A DNA stretch of 61,739 bases, counting the filler, from Sanchytrium tribonematis (Eukaryota): assembly GCA_018985235.1 (NCBI GenBank). It is 14 parts of 14 records of this genome, joined end to end, with 100 filler letters (N's around TTAATTAATTAA, not from the genome) between each part and the next. Parts side by side here need not be neighbours in the genome. Positions count along the whole stretch, not along the records: positions 46,487 to 49,476 come from JADGIG010000939.1; positions 49,577 to 52,564 come from JADGIG010000940.1; positions 52,665 to 55,623 come from JADGIG010000941.1; positions 55,724 to 58,681 come from JADGIG010000942.1; 10 more parts are not named here. The stretch is one strand, 5' to 3'. The notes under the pieces are model-generated. The model had not been told where the DNA came from. It saw only the letters and a list, made by a program, of their open reading frames with translations, and ran no database searches. The position numbers and the translations under genes are program-made. Numbering within the stretch: the first letter of the stretch is position 1; every line of letters begins with the position of its first letter. Below, piece after piece: positions 46,487-56,882 of this stretch.

Positions 46487-47257
46487 CAATGGGGCTTATT
46501 TTGTACAAATGATCATTTATTAAAATATTCTTTATTATTTGGAATTGGTAGTTTTGCGATGCGTGGTGCTGGGTGCACTATAAATGATTTATGGGATGTC
46601 AAATATGATAAACAAGTCACTAGAACCCGTGATAGACCATTAGCAAGTCAATCTATCACTCAAAATCAAGCTATTATTTGGGCAGGTGCTCAATCTTTAA
46701 TAGGTCTCTCCGTATTGCTCCAATTACCATTTCAAACTCAATTAATTGCATTATCTAGTGTCCCACTCGTACTCACTTACCCATTATTCAAAAGATTCAC
46801 ATATTTCCCACAATCCATTTTGGGTCTTACTTTTAATTATGGTGTTTTAGTGGGTTATTCCACGTCATATCCAATAGATTTAAAATGTATTGGATTGTAT
46901 TTGGGTGGGTGGTGTTGGACAATGGTCTATGACACGATTTATGCTCATCAAGATAAATTTGATGATTTGAAAATTGGTGTTAAATCGACTGCTTTAAAAT
47001 TTGGGGAATCAAAGACGCCCTTGTACGCTTTAACTGTTGCACAATTGGGATTATTGTGTACTGCAGTCCCTAGTGCGTGGCAATTAAATTTGATGGCCAT
47101 GTTGTTTCAAAGTGGATTAATATACAAAACAGACTTACAAAACACTCAATCGTGCCAGAAGGGCTTCCAATACTCTGTAATTACTGGTTTATTGATTGCA
47201 TTGGGTATTTACAAGGCTCATTCATCTGAAAAAGTGGAGAAAATTGAAAAATCTTGA
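46487..47257 (+). CDS. COQ2: 4-hydroxybenzoate polyprenyltransferase (5' truncated)
   Basis: MRGAGCTINDLWD...RPLAS, YDTIYAHQD...GVKSTA. Confidence 0.95.
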   Translation, partial: QWGLFCTNDHLLKYSLLFGIGSFAMRGAGCTINDLWDVKYDKQVTRTRDRPLASQSITQNQAIIWAGAQSLIGLSVLLQLPFQTQLIALSSVPLVLTYPLFKRFTYFPQSILGLTFNYGVLVGYSTSYPIDLKCIGLYLGGWCWTMVYDTIYAHQDKFDDLKIGVKSTALKFGESKTPLYALTVAQLGLLCTAVPSAWQLNLMAMLFQSGLIYKTDLQNTQSCQKGFQYSVITGLLIALGIYKAHSSEKVEKIEKS

Positions 47258-47427
47258 GAGAAATGAAATTTAATATTTTGCGCGCATCTGGTACAGACCA
47301 TCAGCATCACAAGATGGACAATACAAATGTTTAAAAGCCACTTAAATAAATATATTTGATTGGTCGACAAAAGCCACGTGCCGACGTCTTTTCTATATAA
47401 ACAGAAGCGCGTCCCGTTTCGGGAAAA

Positions 47428-47816
47428 ATGGTCCACGGTACTTTAGAAGTCATTGTTATTGAAGCAAAGAACTTGAAATCAAGTATCACAGACAAGACTG
47501 ATCCATACGTAGTTTTGACTTGTGGTGGAAAGAAATTAAAAACTACTACCAAGGATAACGCTGGTAAAAATGCAGATTGGAATGAAAAATTCCAATTCGA
47601 TATCTTTGATGGTGTTACTGAATTGTTTTTAGAGGTTTGGGATGAAGGTAAACCCATATTTATGTAGACACTGGAAAAGATGATTTACGAGGAACAAAAG
47701 TGATTGATTTGAACCATGTCTTTGACAAGAAGACACATGATGCATCATTCAGTTTAACCCACAAGGACAAACATGCTGGGGATATCCGATTATGCATGTA
47801 CTTTACCCGAAGATAA
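47428..47816 (+). CDS. Single C2-domain protein (2 exons)
   Basis: GTLEVIVIEAKNL, DPYV, WNEKF; spliced VWDEDTGKDD. Confidence 0.9.
47648..47667 (+). other. 20-nt intron
   Basis: GTAAACCCATATTTATGTAG; restores WDEDTGKDD. Confidence 0.9.
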
Positions 47817-47863
47817 ATAAATATTTATCATTAAAAATGTCAAAATTTATTATCAAAATTGGT

Positions 47864-48196
47864 TTATGGGCAATATCTAGCCCGTGTTTTGCCAGTATCT
47901 GTGTCAAAATAGGTTATAATACTTGGTATCGGCAATACTTTCTCATAAATAGTTTCTTCTTCATCAAAATGTGGTTCTTCTCTAGTGAATAAGCACAAAT
48001 CACAATTCATACACAAACACGTTGTTGCTTTATCGTAATCTGACCAAATAATCTCTTCTTTTTTAGTTAATCTACTCCATTCTTGCTTTAACCTGTTTAG
48101 AATGGATGGTTTCTTAATTTGGTATGGTTTATCAAAATCTGGTGTGCCAATAAATGTCTTTTGATGAAATGATTTCAAGTTCTTTGCATTGACCAT
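47864..48196 (-). CDS. Hypothetical protein
   Basis: ORF of about 110 aa with a CLCMNCDLC motif. Confidence 0.4.
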   Translation of the reverse strand: MVNAKNLKSFHQKTFIGTPDFDKPYQIKKPSILNRLKQEWSRLTKKEEIIWSDYDKATTCLCMNCDLCLFTREEPHFDEEETIYEKVLPIPSIITYFDTDTGKTRARYCP

Positions 48197-48613
48197 GATG
48201 TTTGAGGGAAAGAGCGTATTTATGGTCGATTTTGACACATATGTCAAGACGCATGCCAGGGGCAATATTTCGCCATTCAAATGAGCCAAAGTAAATTGTG
48301 CGTTTTAGCTCGTGTCTAACAATTTGGACACCTTTAAAAATACGATTTGATTTTCATCACTTCAAACATTTAGTGAAACAAATGATGCATCCACGATTCG
48401 CCATGAACCGATGATCCGTTTTCAGCGATCAAGGTCCACAATTTGCCATGATCTGTCGATCACGGTCATGAATATTGCAACTATGCGTAATGAACCTTTT
48501 TTACTCAAGCAAATCAAATGTAAAATGATATCTTTAGTGTTTTGTCAGACATCCGCACTGCAAGAAGGACTAAAACTGACACGCTTCATAAGCAACATTT
48601 AGTCATATATTTA

Positions 48614-49476
48614 TTAGAACCCACTGAAATTCGATACCATATTATTTGGTTTTCTATTTTTTCTTATATGCAGTCTCCAAATAATGTAAATAATCATAAT
48701 TAAGTCGGACACGATTTTAATTATGGGTTGTAAAGAGATATTAATTAGCTTTTGAGTACCATATATGATACTCTGAATTGATGAAATTGCCGTCGTCTTC
48801 AATTTTGAATCCGTGTTTGACGATCTATTTTGAAATGTTGATATATGTTTCTCTGTAAGTGTCGTGACTATGCGTCTAATCGGACCTTGATTAGTTTCAA
48901 CTACGTGTTGGCTGTGTTACAGATGCTGATTCCATTAGTGCTGTGAAATCTATCGAAGACTCAGAAAGATCTGCAGAGTTTGCTATTATTAAAGAAGGAT
49001 TCGAGCTGCTTGTATCCGCTGTCGTCAAATGTGAGGTCATTGTTACTTTCGAGGTCTCAATATTGACTTTAGTTGCTGCTAAATGAGCGTGAAATACGTA
49101 TTACCACTTTATAAGCGCATTTTGATGCAAATGTATTATTTATGAAAATGGCATTTAAAGGATTATAGAGTAAATTGCACGTTGTTAACATGCTGCCATT
49201 CATCAAATTCACATGTGTAAATAAATTATTGCTCAGGTCTAGTAAAGTCGGCTGTTGCAATGTAACAGAACCATTTAATTGATTATTTTTCAAATTACAA
49301 TTTACACAATTTAAAACAGTATTTAATGAGTTACTTAATTGGTTATTGTATAGCTCCAAATTGGTCAATGGCATGCTCAATAATGAGTCAGGAATTGATC
49401 CAGTTATTTTATTATTATACAAATATATATATTTTAATTTGGAAGGCCAAGAGTTGGGCAATGGACCAGGAATCAG
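48614..49476 (-). CDS. Receptor-like LRR protein paralog (5' truncated; 3 visible exons)
   Basis: LRRs homologous to the 23068 gene; two 19-nt introns link them to a Ser/Thr stalk, TM and basic tail. Confidence 0.82.
48886..48904 (-). other. 19-nt intron
   Basis: GTAGTTGAAACTAATCAAG; gives TR-PIRRIVTT. Confidence 0.82.
49079..49097 (-). other. 19-nt intron
   Basis: GTATTTCACGCTCATTTAG; opens the Ser/Thr-rich exon. Confidence 0.82.
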
Positions 49477-49839
49477 NNNNNNNNNNNNNNNNNNNNNNNN
49501 NNNNNNNNNNNNNNNNNNNNTTAATTAATTAANNNNNNNNNNNNNNNNNNNNNNNNNNNNNNNNNNNNNNNNNNNNGAAAATGAAGCAACTGGATGTGAA
49601 TTGGGAATGTGGGAGTGAGGATAAGTGGATCAATGTGGGTTATTTAACTTGGAAAGAATTCAATGAGAAACACTTGGAGGGAAATGGCAATTTGGGAGAG
49701 AAGAATAATAAATGATGTATGTGCGTAGTTTTTTGTGCTCTCTTGCGTTCGTTGTGTAACATTTTGATTGGTCAAATATCAGTCACAAAATACAAAATAG
49801 ATACAAAAGCAATTAAGTATCAAGTAATTTACATTTGAA

Positions 49840-50661
49840 ATGCTCATCGGAAACATATTCGCATACTCTCTCTACAATTTACAAGATATGCATTGTACAA
49901 TAGATGATCCACATAAAACACTTAAATATGGATTCAATCGAGTCCGTTTATCAGCCAGTAAGACAATGGACTTCGATTATAAATTGAAGAATTACTCATG
50001 TCCTATTGACGGTAGCCTATTCACACTTGAAGACCACGGGATTCAAATTATCAAATTAGATGATCCATTTATAGCTGAGAAAATTGCAGAATTGAGAGAT
50101 CTAGATGCTGAAACCATAGAGAAAGACATTTATGATTCGTATTGTGGTTTTATGGAAATGTACTTTAAAAAGAAATTTGACGAAATAATGTTGTGCGTGG
50201 ATTTTCAATCTAGGGATACAAATGCATTTAGACAGCTTCCAGTTTTCCACAAGGACATTATTAATGAACACTTTCAAGGAAGAAGAATCAAGTTGGATTC
50301 TAATTTTGTCCGTTCCAATGAATTAACATTTAAACAACCCAATACATACAATATATGGATAAATGTGGGCAATAAGATTGAAAATCATGCTTTGTATTTC
50401 ATTCGACCAGGACAATCCAATTTCGGAGCAATACTGTCAAATGAGGACACTCTTTATATGATTCCAGATTTTAATTTAATGGAGATATTTCATTTCCCAG
50501 GTATGGAGACTGGTGATGCTATTATTTTTGATTCATCTTACTATTTTCATGCTTCTGTTGATAATGGTATTAAATTTAGAAGACAATCCGTTGAATTTAG
50601 ATTAAAAAAGCGATATCCAGAGGTATCTGGTGACTCATCAGATGAGTATTGGTCAAATTGA
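49840..50661 (+). CDS. CmcJ/NvfI/AsaB-like oxidoreductase
   Basis: FTLEDHGIQ, FHKD, YNIWIN, PGMETGDAIIFDS...HAS...RQSVEFR. Confidence 0.6.
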   Translation: MLIGNIFAYSLYNLQDMHCTIDDPHKTLKYGFNRVRLSASKTMDFDYKLKNYSCPIDGSLFTLEDHGIQIIKLDDPFIAEKIAELRDLDAETIEKDIYDSYCGFMEMYFKKKFDEIMLCVDFQSRDTNAFRQLPVFHKDIINEHFQGRRIKLDSNFVRSNELTFKQPNTYNIWINVGNKIENHALYFIRPGQSNFGAILSNEDTLYMIPDFNLMEIFHFPGMETGDAIIFDSSYYFHASVDNGIKFRRQSVEFRLKKRYPEVSGDSSDEYWSN

Positions 50662-50735
50662 GAGTCGCTTTCCATTTCTAATTTCCTCCAATAAAATCAA
50701 ATTTCAAACTAGGCCAATTGTTTTACTTTTATAAA

Positions 50736-52239
50736 ATGTTGGATATTGGATTAATCATTACATTTCCTATCATGAGTTGTTTAATTATACTAGGATGCTT
50801 TTATTTTCTAGTCTATTTCATCTCTCCAGAGGATAAATGGGTAGCATGGGCTCCAAAAATATTATTTATTTTCTGCATGTCATTGGCGTGTTTTAATGTA
50901 TTAATGCTTCCATTGGATGTTGCTAATAAGACATATGATGATACTGCGAATGGAGGGATTCCATTGCGTCAAATAGCGATTATATGTTTTATGACGTCGA
51001 TTTCATTGGTTTTTACTTTGGTGCCATTTTGTGTGTTTTGGTATGAAGGGATTGATGATGGGAGTGGTTCTAGTCAATTGGGACATGCAATGAAGTGGAC
51101 ATTGCCTACTATAGTCGTGATTACACTGTTATTTGTCATGACATGGTTATTTGAACGAAAAACATCTGTGGACGTGGCCATGTATATTTCACCCATGATG
51201 CCTGTTGCTAATGGTAGTTTAAACTTTAATAATATACAGCCAGGGTGTACGAGAGATATTTGCTCAAAATACACATATTCAGCAGAAAAGAACATTGGAT
51301 TTGTGATATTTGTCATGGGAATTAGTAGTTGCTTGGGATGGTTTATATTAGCTGCATTTGGTGGGATTGGAATGGCCAGTTTACCTATAGATTTAGTCGT
51401 AGCATTCGTTGATCGACCAAAACCAATTACGTTGGATGTTTATTCTAAAAAGAAAATTGAATTATTGGATGAGACAAAGCGATTAATGATTAGTGCAGAA
51501 AGCATTGCAGAGCGTCAAAAGAAAGATATGACTCAAAAAGTGAGGAGAAAATTAAAACTAGAGGAGGCAGCTTTTAAAAGAGATGTCATGAATTTAGAGA
51601 AGAAATATACTAGAAATGAAGATTCGTATCGTCGATTTGGTGGTAATGCATTATTGGGATATATTAAATTCTTAGTGGGCTGCATGGGTGCTGTTTTATC
51701 ATTTATGTGGGTTTTACATTCTTGTTTGTATTTATTGCCCAAATATTGGGATTTGGACTTGAATATGGATATATTGAATCAATTCTTCGTTACTTTTGAT
51801 GAGCAGGATATTCCATTTTTAGGGACATTCTTTTATGGATTATTCAGTTTTTGGCTGATGATGTGCGTCATTAAAGGAAATACAAAGATGGGAATGCGTA
51901 TCTTATTTGTCGCAGTTCATCCACTCAAGTAATTTGTACTTATTTAGAATCGGAGCCACTTTTATGAATTCTTTAATTTTTAATGTTGGTATTATGCTGT
52001 TGACTTCTATTGCAGTCGTGCAATTCTGCACCAAAGCATTCGATATTTATGCCGGTGATACGGCTATCTTGAATATATTTGGAAGCCAGGTAGAACGCAT
52101 TAAAGGCATCAAATGGGTTTACTCTGTTTTTGTCGTCATCTTTTTAATATTTGTTGTCCTGGGATTCTTATGGTCCACCATGTTTAAAAATGCAGAATTA
52201 AAGAAGTTGCGCAAAGATATGGAGATTGAAGTCAATTAA
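50736..52239 (+). CDS. LMBR1/LIMR-family membrane protein (2 exons)
   Basis: VLMLPLDVAN, PFCVFWYEG, FGGIGMASLP, spliced HPLK-IGATFMNS. Confidence 0.9.
51929..51947 (+). other. 19-nt intron
   Basis: GTAATTTGTACTTATTTAG; restores HPLKIGATFMNS. Confidence 0.9.
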
Positions 52240-52275
52240 TAAAGTAGTAAAATTTTTAAAATCACATTTATTAAA

Positions 52276-52564
52276 TCACTCTTCGTAATGATGTTCAATT
52301 GCATTCAACAGACGATCTTCTAATTGACTTAATTTAGATCGCATATCCTGCAATTGAAGCTGCAGCATATTATTTTCTTTAGTAGAATATTGAAAACTCT
52401 TTTTTAATTCTTGATTCTCTTCTTCCAATTCTGCTACTCTATCTTCCAAGTACTGCATCCTAAGGTCCTTCTTTTGTCTCATTTTCTTGGCTGCTTCTGC
52501 ATTTTTAGTTGATTTGACGGCTTTCTGCTCGTTATGTTCAATTTGATCATCCATGTAATCTAGC
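52276..52564 (-). CDS. bZIP transcription factor (probably 5' truncated)
   Basis: KNAEAAKKMRQKK followed by a leucine zipper. Confidence 0.82.
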
Positions 52565-52850
52565 NNNNNNNNNNNNNNNNNNNNNNNNNNNNNNNNNNNN
52601 NNNNNNNNTTAATTAATTAANNNNNNNNNNNNNNNNNNNNNNNNNNNNNNNNNNNNNNNNNNNNAGGTTTCATTTGATGTAGCAGTCATGTGTGTAGAAT
52701 GCATGTTACTTGTTTTAAATGGGCAAATTCAAAATGTAGAAGTATTTGATAGGTCAAGAATTGCGCAGCATACCCCTGACTGAGCACATACAGCGAAATT
52801 TAAAAGTTGCACAAATGAATCAAATTGAAATTGGGATTAAAGAATTCTGT

Positions 52851-53048
52851 TTATTCTTTAGGGAACTCAAATTCAGTATTTTCTCCAGCAGTTAAAATTT
52901 TTTGAATCTCGTCAACTTTATTTTTATATGCTTCCTTGTTTTGAGTGTCTTTCTGCTTGTGTAGAGATAGCTGGTAACTAAAGTATCCATACACTAAACC
53001 TGTTCCTAAAAAAATATATCGCCCGCCACGTAGAATTTGCTGCTCCAT
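52851..53048 (-). CDS. TIM11: Mitochondrial ATP synthase subunit e-like
   Basis: 65 aa; RYIFLGTGLVYG GxxxG TM segment, then a charged helix. Confidence 0.65.
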   Translation of the reverse strand: MEQQILRGGRYIFLGTGLVYGYFSYQLSLHKQKDTQNKEAYKNKVDEIQKILTAGENTEFEFPKE

Positions 53049-53101
53049 TTCTGTTTCTAAGATCTCCTTGTAACCAACCTATCAGATACAATTTATTATC
53101 A

Positions 53102-53557
53102 TCATTCGCTATCGCTTTCGCTGATGACTCTATTTCTCATATTTTTCTTTCCATCATCTGAATCAGCTCCAAGCTCTTTATCAAATATGTCAACTTCTGC
53201 TTCATCATCAACAATCTCATCGTCTTCTTCCTCTTGATATTGATATTGTGGCATTCTTCTAGAGGGAACATCTTCCTCTTCAATGCGATCTTTTCTCATT
53301 CGCTCTTGGATTTTTTCAAAGTTGTCAACCCAATCATGATAAACATCAACAGGCTGCGAAAGATTATTAACTTTAGAGCTGTAAGTTATATTACATAGTC
53401 TGCACATGAGCACAGCCCTTGGATCTATTATATCTTTATCTCTATTCATCTTGACGCTTACTGAATTTTCTTGATTGCAGTTCAGGCAATTGAATTGAGT
53501 GTCTAATTTTAGCTTTATTCTTTTTGCCGGTTTTCTTGTCGACTTCTTCTTTGCCAT
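53102..53557 (-). CDS. ELF1: Transcription elongation factor Elf1
   Basis: KLDTQFNCLNCN...CRLC...PVDVYHDWVD and an acidic tail. Confidence 0.93.
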   Translation of the reverse strand: MAKKKSTRKPAKRIKLKLDTQFNCLNCNQENSVSVKMNRDKDIIDPRAVLMCRLCNITYSSKVNNLSQPVDVYHDWVDNFEKIQERMRKDRIEEEDVPSRRMPQYQYQEEEDDEIVDDEAEVDIFDKELGADSDDGKKNMRNRVISESDSE

Positions 53558-53658
53558 TTTAAAGTTTCAAAACACTCCTCATTTAAATGACGATTCTGAT
53601 CTTCCAATCAATTCTTTGACGTCTGAAGAATAAATAGTCACAGCGTGTCCCATTTAGT

Positions 53659-55602
53659 ATGTATTTTATTGCAGCACCGGAGCTCAAAACGCCTTCCAAA
53701 CTTCCGAAATATCTTGATGAAAGATTTCGAAGCAAAAGCAAGACATATGATAACTTCATTTTTGTCACCGCGAGAAGATCTAAGATGATCTATGAAAGAA
53801 AGAAAAAGATTAATGACAAATATGAAAAAGTCTCGTACCGATTAGATGCAATGGCAGCCTTGAAATTGCAAAGTAAGGAAATTATGTTTTTAGAGATTTC
53901 TAGAAAGTTAGATGCTGCCAAATGTCTTAGAGAATCAAACTTTAAACAATTGTATGAAAAATATAGACTTTCAAATTCAAGAGTGACATTTGTCAAGAAA
54001 AATGTTGAAAAAAAGAGATTAAAGAAATCTTTGACCCTGTCAAAGAATATTTACTCGAAACAATTATTGGCATTTTATAGACGTTCTTTAGCTGGAAAGA
54101 AAAGTGAAACAGGATTAAATCCACAAACCGCGGCTACGAAAATTCAAATTTGGTGGAGATTTAGAGTTTCAAAAGACTTACTTTTTAAGTTACTCAAATC
54201 GACTACAAAAGTTAAATCTTGCAATTTTGAAGAAGCAAGTCGAATTGTTCTTGACTTAGAGATTATTGACTTATTTTCTAATTTTTTTAAAATGTTGAAT
54301 TTGGAGTCAAAAATTAATTCTAAAACTTTTTTGTCGGGCGTAATTCTTCTTCTTCATTTCGATGAAGTCATTAATGAGAGAGATGAGGCAGAAGTATATT
54401 TAAAGACAATTTTCTTCATGGTTTTTAAACTTTTTGAGTTTTTGCTCAGTTCTTATAGTTCATCACAATACGCGACATATAGCTCAATGTTTCGTAAGAT
54501 CTGGATATTTTACAAGGAAATTTTTGGCAGATGGAAGTTGAAAGATAAAAAACGCATTATTGAGTCTACAATTAGTCATTTTTGTGAACTTTCTAAGATA
54601 TGGTCAGTTGTGAGCTCGGAAGAAGGTTCAAGTGTAGAATTTCATGCTGAACTATATAATCAACAAGTTCATCTGCTTAGTCAATTGAAAAAAATGGGGG
54701 ATGTTGCTGCATTCAGACTTTTAAAAATTCGACTCAAAAAATTAAATTTGAGAATAGTTCCGAAGGAATTTAAATTTTGTCTTCCTCGACCTGTGTTTAT
54801 TGCAAGTGTGGAGAGGCCAGTCGTTCATGAAGTAACTGAAAATTTAGATATTTTTGAATCAAATCTTCTATTTGGTCATGAGATCATGGTGAATCCAGAT
54901 TTTCAACTGCCTGATGCATTCGAAAGAAATAATTTGGCTGATAACTTTGACATGCTAAACAAGTTGAATGAACAAAGAAAAGGCGAATTGGTTCTTGACG
55001 CGCTTTCGTCTATTAGACGCATGCTCATTGAAGTGGCACCCAAAAAAGGTGAAGATATTTCAATTATTAAAGATGTCATCGATTTGGACTTGATGAATCA
55101 CCAGATCGTTGGAGGATATATACTTACCCGCGTTCCAGCGTTATGCAAATTTATTTTGGAACTTATGGCTAAATATTGCGCCCCCTCAAGAGATAGTAGC
55201 ATCAAGAGCTTGATGGAGAAAGATGGCATATGCTTTTTGTTGGAAATTCACGACTTGCTGATTCTAATGAAACGAGATTTAGCAAATTTTCATATACAAC
55301 AAATTAGAATCACAATGAAAGATTCGTTTGTACAGTATGAAAGAGACACATTTAAGTCCAAAGCTGTACCTCATACCGAAGCTTGGTTGTCGTCATTTAA
55401 ATCCGAAACATCTCACCTGGAAATTTTCAACAATGCCTTTATTCATTTATTGAAACATGATTTTTCCGTTCATTTCCCCGAAACCTTGGCCTTAGATGTA
55501 CACAGAATCAACAGTATATCAAAAACTGTTAAAGAAATTATCAACAAAGGAGTATTGGTCAATTTATTACATCTTCACATGAATTCGAATGAAAAAGATT
55601 AA
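53659..55602 (+). CDS. TCP11/Sok1-family protein with an IQ motif (3' end probably chimeric)
   Basis: AATKIQIWWR, CAPSRD, MKRDLANF, YER, FPETLALD. Confidence 0.82.
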   Translation: MYFIAAPELKTPSKLPKYLDERFRSKSKTYDNFIFVTARRSKMIYERKKKINDKYEKVSYRLDAMAALKLQSKEIMFLEISRKLDAAKCLRESNFKQLYEKYRLSNSRVTFVKKNVEKKRLKKSLTLSKNIYSKQLLAFYRRSLAGKKSETGLNPQTAATKIQIWWRFRVSKDLLFKLLKSTTKVKSCNFEEASRIVLDLEIIDLFSNFFKMLNLESKINSKTFLSGVILLLHFDEVINERDEAEVYLKTIFFMVFKLFEFLLSSYSSSQYATYSSMFRKIWIFYKEIFGRWKLKDKKRIIESTISHFCELSKIWSVVSSEEGSSVEFHAELYNQQVHLLSQLKKMGDVAAFRLLKIRLKKLNLRIVPKEFKFCLPRPVFIASVERPVVHEVTENLDIFESNLLFGHEIMVNPDFQLPDAFERNNLADNFDMLNKLNEQRKGELVLDALSSIRRMLIEVAPKKGEDISIIKDVIDLDLMNHQIVGGYILTRVPALCKFILELMAKYCAPSRDSSIKSLMEKDGICFLLEIHDLLILMKRDLANFHIQQIRITMKDSFVQYERDTFKSKAVPHTEAWLSSFKSETSHLEIFNNAFIHLLKHDFSVHFPETLALDVHRINSISKTVKEIINKGVLVNLLHLHMNSNEKD

Positions 55603-55723
55603 TGACAAATATGAAAAAGTCTCNNNNNNNNNNNNNNNNNNNNNNNNNNNNNNNNNNNNNNNNNNNNTTAATTAATTAANNNNNNNNNNNNNNNNNNNNN
55701 NNNNNNNNNNNNNNNNNNNNNNN

Positions 55724-56411
55724 GTTTTTAAGCGGGCTATCTTGCAATGAAGACAACTTCATACAGAAGAGTGGAGTATTAAAATATGCTAGCGATTTCA
55801 AAATGGCAGTAGTTGCACCAGACACCTCCCCACGAAACGTCAATTGCAAAAATGACGGAGAATGTTGGGACTTTGGTGAGGGAGCAGGATATTATTTGGA
55901 CGCAATACAAGAGGATTACAAGCAACATTACAATATGTATTCTTTTATTCTTGAGTTCGTCGAATTGTTTCCTAAATTAAACCTGCCAAAAATAATTCAT
56001 TTGAGTGGTCACTCAATGGGCGGACATGGCGCACTAACTATTGGGCTCAAAAATTCTAATATTTTCACCTCCATCACCGCATTTTCACCTATCTTAAATC
56101 CAATTCAAAGTCCTTGGGGAAAGAAAGCATTTCCATTGTTTTTGGGAGATTCTGTAGAACTCTGGAAGCAATACGATGCTTCTGAACTTGTTGCTAGGTA
56201 TGATGGTAAGAAATTGAATGTTTTGATTGACCAAGGTACTGGGGACAAATTTTTACCTACTCAATTAAATGCAGACAATTTTTTGCAAGCCTCTAAAGAT
56301 AAAATAATTGTAGAATACAATTTAAGAGACGGTTACGATCACTCTTATTTTTTCATCTCGACTTTTATAGAAAGTCATTTACGATTCCACAAAAAGTTTT
56401 GCTTTGAATAA
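55724..56411 (+). CDS. S-formylglutathione hydrolase / esterase D (5' truncated)
   Basis: LSGLSCNEDNF, PDTSPR, WDFGEGAGYY, GHSMGG, GYDHSYFF. Confidence 0.95.
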
Positions 56412-56432
56412 AGGAGATTTTGAAACGAATTT

Positions 56433-56858
56433 ATGGACAAAGTTTTTACCGAAACCAAATGGAGGTCAGTTTTGGACGAAGAGTCTGGCAAATATTACTT
56501 TTGGAATATAGAAACAGACGAGGTTACTTGGGAAAATCCATTTAAAGCGAAAGAAAATGTGCCTTCGTCAAATCAAATAAAAGAATCGTCACAATTAAAG
56601 GAAGTCCACAATCCTGGTATGATGTATAAAACTAAAAACGGAACAAAGGCTATCGATCCAGAACAATATTATTCTCAAGAAGTGAAATCGAAAAGACATT
56701 TAGAGCATTTTTTTAATTACGAAGAGTATGAATTACAACGAAATATTGAAAGTCTAAATAAGAAGAAAACCGACAAGCATGATAAGCATTTTCGAAAGCA
56801 GAGAGACGAACTTAAGAGGAAAAAGATTTTACGAAAATATGGCACAGATAAGAAATAA
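56433..56858 (+). CDS. WW-domain protein
   Basis: WRSVLDEESGKYYFWNIETDEVTWENP. Confidence 0.85.
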   Translation: MDKVFTETKWRSVLDEESGKYYFWNIETDEVTWENPFKAKENVPSSNQIKESSQLKEVHNPGMMYKTKNGTKAIDPEQYYSQEVKSKRHLEHFFNYEEYELQRNIESLNKKKTDKHDKHFRKQRDELKRKKILRKYGTDKK

Positions 56859-56882
56859 TGCTAAGATTTACTTACTAATTGA

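Noticed and set aside
55591..55623. 33-bp exact copy of 53802-53834 at the end of the TCP11-like gene
   Set aside because: It lies at the contig end and truncates a conserved domain, so it is most likely an assembly or amplification chimera.
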